From assembly GCF_009914755.1 (NCBI RefSeq), contig NC_060926.1: DNA of 64,000 nucleotides; one strand, written 5' to 3'. The translations under genes were made by a program, and so were the position numbers. This document shows positions 58,806-64,000 of this stretch, piece after piece (within the stretch, counting starts at the first letter, position 1; each line of letters begins with the position of its first letter). Under the pieces are notes generated by a model. It was not told the DNA's origin, did no database searches, and saw only the letters and a list, made by a program, of their open reading frames with translations. The stretch comes from the human T2T-CHM13v2.0 reference genome, Homo sapiens.

Positions 58806-58955
58806 AGACAGGATCTTGCTTTGTCACCCAGGCTGGAGTGCAGTGGTGTGATCATGGCTCACTGCAGCCCTGACCTCCTGGGCTCAGATGTTCCTTCCAC
58901 CTTAGCTTCCTGAGTAGCTGGGACTATAGGCACATGCCACCATGCCTGGCTAATT
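58772..58955 (-). mobile_element. AluJ right arm (interrupted by L1PB)
   Basis: gagacaggatcttgctttgtcacccagg...catgcctggctaatt, then L1 sequence begins. Confidence 0.88.
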
Positions 58956-58963
58956 AAAAAAAA

Positions 58964-61900
58964 TTTTTTTCCATAAGTTATTGGGGTACAGGTGGTATTT
59001 GGTTACATGAGCAAGTTCTTTAGTGGTGATTTGTGAGATTTGGGTGCCTCATTACCAGAGCAGTATACACTGCACCATATTTGTAGTCTTCTATCCCTTG
59101 CCCCGCCCCTACTCTTTCCCCCAAATCCCCAAAGCCCATTGCATCATTCTTATGCATTTGCGTCCTCATAGCTTAGCTCCCACATATCAGTGAGAATATA
59201 TGATGTTTGGTTTTCCATTCCTGAGTTACTTCACTTAGAATAATAATCTCCTCCAATCTCATCCAGATCACTGCAAATGCTGTTAATTCATTGCTTTTTA
59301 TGGCTGTGTAGTATTCCATCATATATATAGACCACAGTTTCTTTATCCACTCGTTGATTGATGGGCATTTGGGTTGGTTCCATGATTTTGCAATTGTTTT
59401 TGACCCAATGCTGCTATAAACATGCGTGTGTAAGTATCTTTTTCAAATAATGACTTCTTTTCCTTTGGGTAGATTCCCAGTAGTGGGATTGCTGGATCAA
59501 ATGGTAGTTCTACTTTTAGTTCTTTAAGGAATCTCCACACTGTCTTCCATAGCGGCTGTACTAGTTTACATTCCTACCAGCAGTGTGGAAGTGTTCCCTG
59601 TTCACCACATCCATGCCAGCATCTATTGTTTTTTGATTTTTTTGATTATGGCCATTCTTGCAGGAGTGAGGTGATATCACACTGTGGTTTTGATTTGCAT
59701 TTCCCTGATCATTAGTGATGTTGAGCATGTTTTCATATGGTTGTTGGCCATTTGCATATCTTCTTTTGAGAATTGTCTATTCATGTCCTTAGCCCACTTT
59801 TTATGGGATTGTTTTTTTCTTATTGATGTGAGTTTGTTGTAGATTCTGGATATTAGTCCTTTGTGAGATGTATAGATTGTGAAGATTTTCTCCCACTCTG
59901 GGGGTTGTCTGTTTACTCTGCTGACTGTTCCTTTTGCTGTGCAAAAGCTCTTTAGTTTAATTAAGTCCCAACTATTCATCTTTGTTTTTATTGCATTTGC
60001 TTTTGGGTTCTTGGTCATGAAATCCTTGCCTAAGCCAATGTCTAGAAGGGTTTTTCCAATGTTACCTTCTAGAATTTTTATAGTTTCAGGTCTTAGGTTT
60101 AAGTCCTTAATCCATGTTCAGTTGATTTTTATATAAGGTGAGAGATGAGGATCCAGTTTCATTCTCCTACATGTGGCTAGCCAATTATCCCAGCACCATT
60201 TGTTGAAAAGGGTGTCCTTTCCCCACTTTATGTTTTTGTTTGCTTTGTTGACGATCAGTTGGCTGTAAGTATTTGGATTTATTTCTGGGTCCTCTATTCT
60301 GTTCCATTGGTCTATGTGCCTATTTTTGGACCAGTGTCATGCTGTTTTGGTGACTATGGCTTTATTGTATAGTTTGAAATCAGGTAGTGTGATGCCTCCA
60401 GATTTATTCTTTTTGCTTAGCTATGCATGCTCTTTTTTGGTTTCATGTGAATTTTAGAATTGTTTTTTCTAATTCTGTGAAGAATGATGGTTGTATTTTG
60501 ATGGGGATTGCATTGAATTTGTAGATTGCTTTTGGCATTATGGTCATTTTCACAATATTGATTCTACCCATCCGTGAGCATGGGATGTGTTTCCATTTGT
60601 TCGTGTCATCTATGATTTCTTTCGGCAGTGATTTGTAGTTTTCCTTATAGAGGGCTTTTGACTCCTTCGTTAGGTATATTCCTAAGTATTTTATTTGCAG
60701 CTATTGTAAAAGGGGTTGAGTTCTTGATTTGATTCTCTGCTTGGTCACTGTTGGTGTATAGAAGAGCTACTGATTTGTGTATATTAATCTTGTATTTGGA
60801 AACTTTGCTGAATCTTTTGTCAGTTCTAGGAGCTTTCTGGAGGAGTCCTTAGGGTTTTCAAGGTAAACAATCATATCATCAGCAAACAGTGACAGTTTGA
60901 CTTCCTCTTCACTGATTTGGATGCCCTTTATTTCTTTCTCTTGTCTGATTGATCCGGCTAGGACTTACAGCACTATTTTGAAGAGGAGTGGCAAGAGTGG
61001 GCATTCTTGTCTTGTTCCAGTTCTCAGAGAGAATGCTTTCAACTTTTCCCCATTCAAAATTATGTTGGCTGTGGTTTTGTCATAGATGGCTTTTTATTAC
61101 ATTACATACAAGTATGTCCCTTATATGCTGATTTTTGCTGAGAGTTTTAATCATAAAGCGATGCTGGATTTTGTTGAATGCTTTTTCTGCATCTATTGAA
61201 ACGACCATGTCACTTTTTTCTTTAATTCTGTTTATGTGGTGTATCACATTTATTGACTTGTGTATGTTAAACCATTCCTGTATCCCTGTTATGAAATCCA
61301 CTTGATCATGGTAGATTATCTTTTTGATATGTTGTTGGATTTTTTTTTAGCAAGTATTTCGTTAAGGATTTTAGCATCTATGTTCATCAAGGATATCAGT
61401 CTGTAGTTTTCTTTTTTGGTTATATTCTTTCCTGGTTTTGGTATTAGGGTGATGCTGGCTTCATAGAATGAATTAGGGAGGGTTCCTTCTTTCTCTGTCT
61501 TGTGGAATAGTGGTCAAAAGGATTGGTACCAATTCTTTGAATGTCTGCTAGAATTCTGCTGTGAATCCGTCTGGTCCTGGACTTTTTTTTGTTGATGATT
61601 TTTAAATTACCATTTCAATCTCTCTGCTAGTTATTGGTCTGTTCAGGGTATCTAAGCTAGGAGGGTTGTATTTTTCCAGGAATTTATCTATCTCTTTCTA
61701 GTTTACGTGAGTAAAGGTGTTCATAGTAGCCTTGAATGATCTTTTGTATTTAAATGATGTCAGTTGTAATAGCTCCTGTTTTGTTTCTTAGTGGGGTTAT
61801 TTGGATTTTTTTCTCTTCTTTGCTTGGTTAATCTTGCCAATGGTCTATCAATTTTATTTATCTTTTCAAAGGACCAGCTTTTTGGTTCATTTATCTTTTG

Positions 61901-64000
61901 TATTTTTTTTTGTTTCAATTTCATTTGGTTCTGCTCTGATCTTGGTTATTTCCTTTCTTCTGCTAGGTTTGGGTTTGGTTTGTTCTTGCTTCTCTAGTTC
62001 ATTGAGGTGTGACCTTAGAATGTCAGTTTGTGCTCGTTCAGTCTTTGATGTAGGCATTTAGGGCTATGAACTTTCCTCTTAGCACTGCCTTTGCTGTATC
62101 CTAAAGGTTTTGGTAGGTTGTGTCATCATTGTCATTCAGTTTGAAAAATTTTTAAATTGCCATCTTGATTTCATTTTTGACCCAGTGCTTATTCAGGAGC
62201 AGCTTATTTAATTTCCATGTATTTGCATGGTTTTGAAGGTCCTTTTTGGAGTTGATTTCTAGTTTTATTCCACTGTGGTCTGAGAGAGTGCTTGATGTAA
62301 TTTCAGTTTTAGTTTATTGAGGTTGGTTTTATGGCCTATCATATGGTCTATCTTGGAGAAAGTTCCATACACTGTTGAATAAAATGTGTATTTTGGGGCT
62401 GTTGGATGAAATATTCCGTATATATCTGTTAATTCCATTTGTTCTGAGGTATAGTGTAAATCCATTGTCTCTTTGTTGACTTTCTGTCTTGATGACCTGT
62501 CTAGTGCTGTCGGTGGAGTATTGAAGTCCCCCACTATTATTGTGTTGCTGTCTGTCTCATTTCTTAGGTCTATTAGTATTTGTTTTATAAATTTGGGTGC
62601 TCCAGTGTTAGGTGCATATATGTTTAGAATTGTGATATTTTCCTATTGGACAAGGCCTTTTACCATTATCTAATGTCCCTCTTTGTCTCTTTTAACTGCT
62701 GTTGCTTTAAAGTTTGTTTTGTCTGATATTAGAATAGCTACCCCTGCTTGCTTTTGGTGTCCATTTACATGAAATGTCTTTTTCCACGCCTTTACTTTAT
62801 GTGAGTACTTATGGGCTAGGTGAGTCTCCTGAAGACAGCAGATGGTTGGTTGGTGAGTTCTTATCCATTCTGCAGTTCTGTGTCTTTTAAGTGGAGCATT
62901 TAGGCCATTTACATTCATTCAATGTTAGTATTGAAGTGTGAGGTACTATTGCGTTAATCATGCCCTTTGTTGCCTGTGTACTTTGGTTTTTTTGTTTTTG
63001 CTTTTTAATTTGTATTTTTGTTTTATAGGTCCTGTGTGATTTATGCTTTAAAGAGGTTCTGTCTTGATGCGTTTCTAGGATTTGTTTCGAGATTTACAGC
63101 TCCTTTTAGCAGTTCTTGTAGTGGTGGCTTGGTAATGGCAAATTCTCTCAGAATTTGTTTGTCTGAAAAAGATGTATCTTTCCTTCATACATGTGCTTAG
63201 CTTCACTCGATACAAAATTCTTGGCTGATAATTGTTTTGTTTAAGGAGGCCGAAGATAGGGCCCCAATCTCTTCTTCTAGCTTGTAGGGTTTCTGCTGAG
63301 AAATCTGCTGTTAATCTGATAGGTATTCCTTTATAGGTTACCTAGTGCTTCTGTCTGACAGTTCTTAAGATTCTTTCCTTCGTCTTAACTTTGGATAACC
63401 TGATGACAGAGCACCTAGGCGAAGATCTTTTTGCAGTGAATTTCCCAGATGTTCTTTGTGCTTCTTGTATTTGAATGTCTAGGTCTCTAGCAAGGCAAAG
63501 GAAGTTTTCCTCGATTATTCCCCCAAATATGTTTTCCAAGCTTTTAGAATTCTCTTCTTCCTCAGGAACACCAATTATTCTAAGGTTTGGTCATTCAGCA
63601 TAATCCCAGACTTCTTAGAGGGTTTGTTCATATTTTCTTATTCTTTTTTCTTTGTCTTTGTTGGATTGGGTTAATTGGAAGACCTTGTCTTCGAGCTCTG
63701 AATTTTTATCTTCTACTTGTTTGATTCTATTGCTGAGAGTTTCCAGAGCATTTCAAATTTCTAAAAGTGTGTCCAAAATTTCCTGATTTTTTAATTGTTT
63801 TTTCTTTAAGTTATCTATTTTCTTGAATATTTCTCCCTTCACTTCTTGTATCATAGTTTGGACTTCCTTGCATTGGGTATCGCCTTTCTCTGGTCCTTCC
63901 CTGATTAGCTATTTAATAACTAACGTCCTTAATTCTTTTTCAGGTAAATAAGGGATTTCTTTTTGGTTTGGTTGTATTGCTGGTGGCTAGTGTGATTTTT
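58964..64000 (-). mobile_element. L1PB1-like LINE-1, near full length, running off the window; decayed ORF2 and ORF1
   Basis: 3' end ccataagttattggggtacaggtggtatttgg. Minus-strand ORF fragments match L1 ORF2 ([45 protein letters not shown]) and ORF1 (IIEENF...DIQIQEAQRT). Confidence 0.95.

Noticed and set aside
59343-63539. Endonuclease/RT/ORF1-like ORFs suggesting an active retroelement
   Set aside because: Fragments of one decayed L1PB with many stops and frameshifts.

Overview
Primate, almost certainly human, genomic DNA. It is repeat-rich, with Alu, L1, L2, MIR, MaLR/ERVL, Tigger/Charlie/Mariner and CR1/L3 elements. The window begins in the last coding exon and 3'UTR of RAPGEF4 (Epac2, + strand, stop at 313). 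A ~23 kb intergenic stretch follows, then the 5' end of MAP3K20 (ZAK/MLTK, + strand): a CpG-island promoter with non-coding exon 1 (donor at 24536), first coding exon 39532-39724 (kinase Gly-loop and VAVK lysine), and the start of a long intron 2 that ends the window inside a near full-length antisense L1PB element. Almost all ORFs in the supplied track are Alu, L1 or CpG-island artefacts. There are no rRNA, tRNA or CRISPR features. The most interesting signals are (i) the ZAK 5' leader, which has a 4-codon uORF in exon 1 and an out-of-frame AUG 5 nt before the ZAK start that opens a 45-codon overlapping ORF; (ii) a second candidate first exon/promoter just upstream of exon 2 with clustered p53-family half-sites; (iii) a coding-like, in-frame candidate terminal exon and a poison mini-exon between inverted Alus in intron 2; and (iv) an unusually well preserved ancient CR1 reverse-transcriptase fragment. 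These are hypotheses from reading the sequence; I found no convincing wholly new multi-gene system. Gene names and repeat subfamilies are from recognition, not from database searches, and repeat boundaries are approximate.
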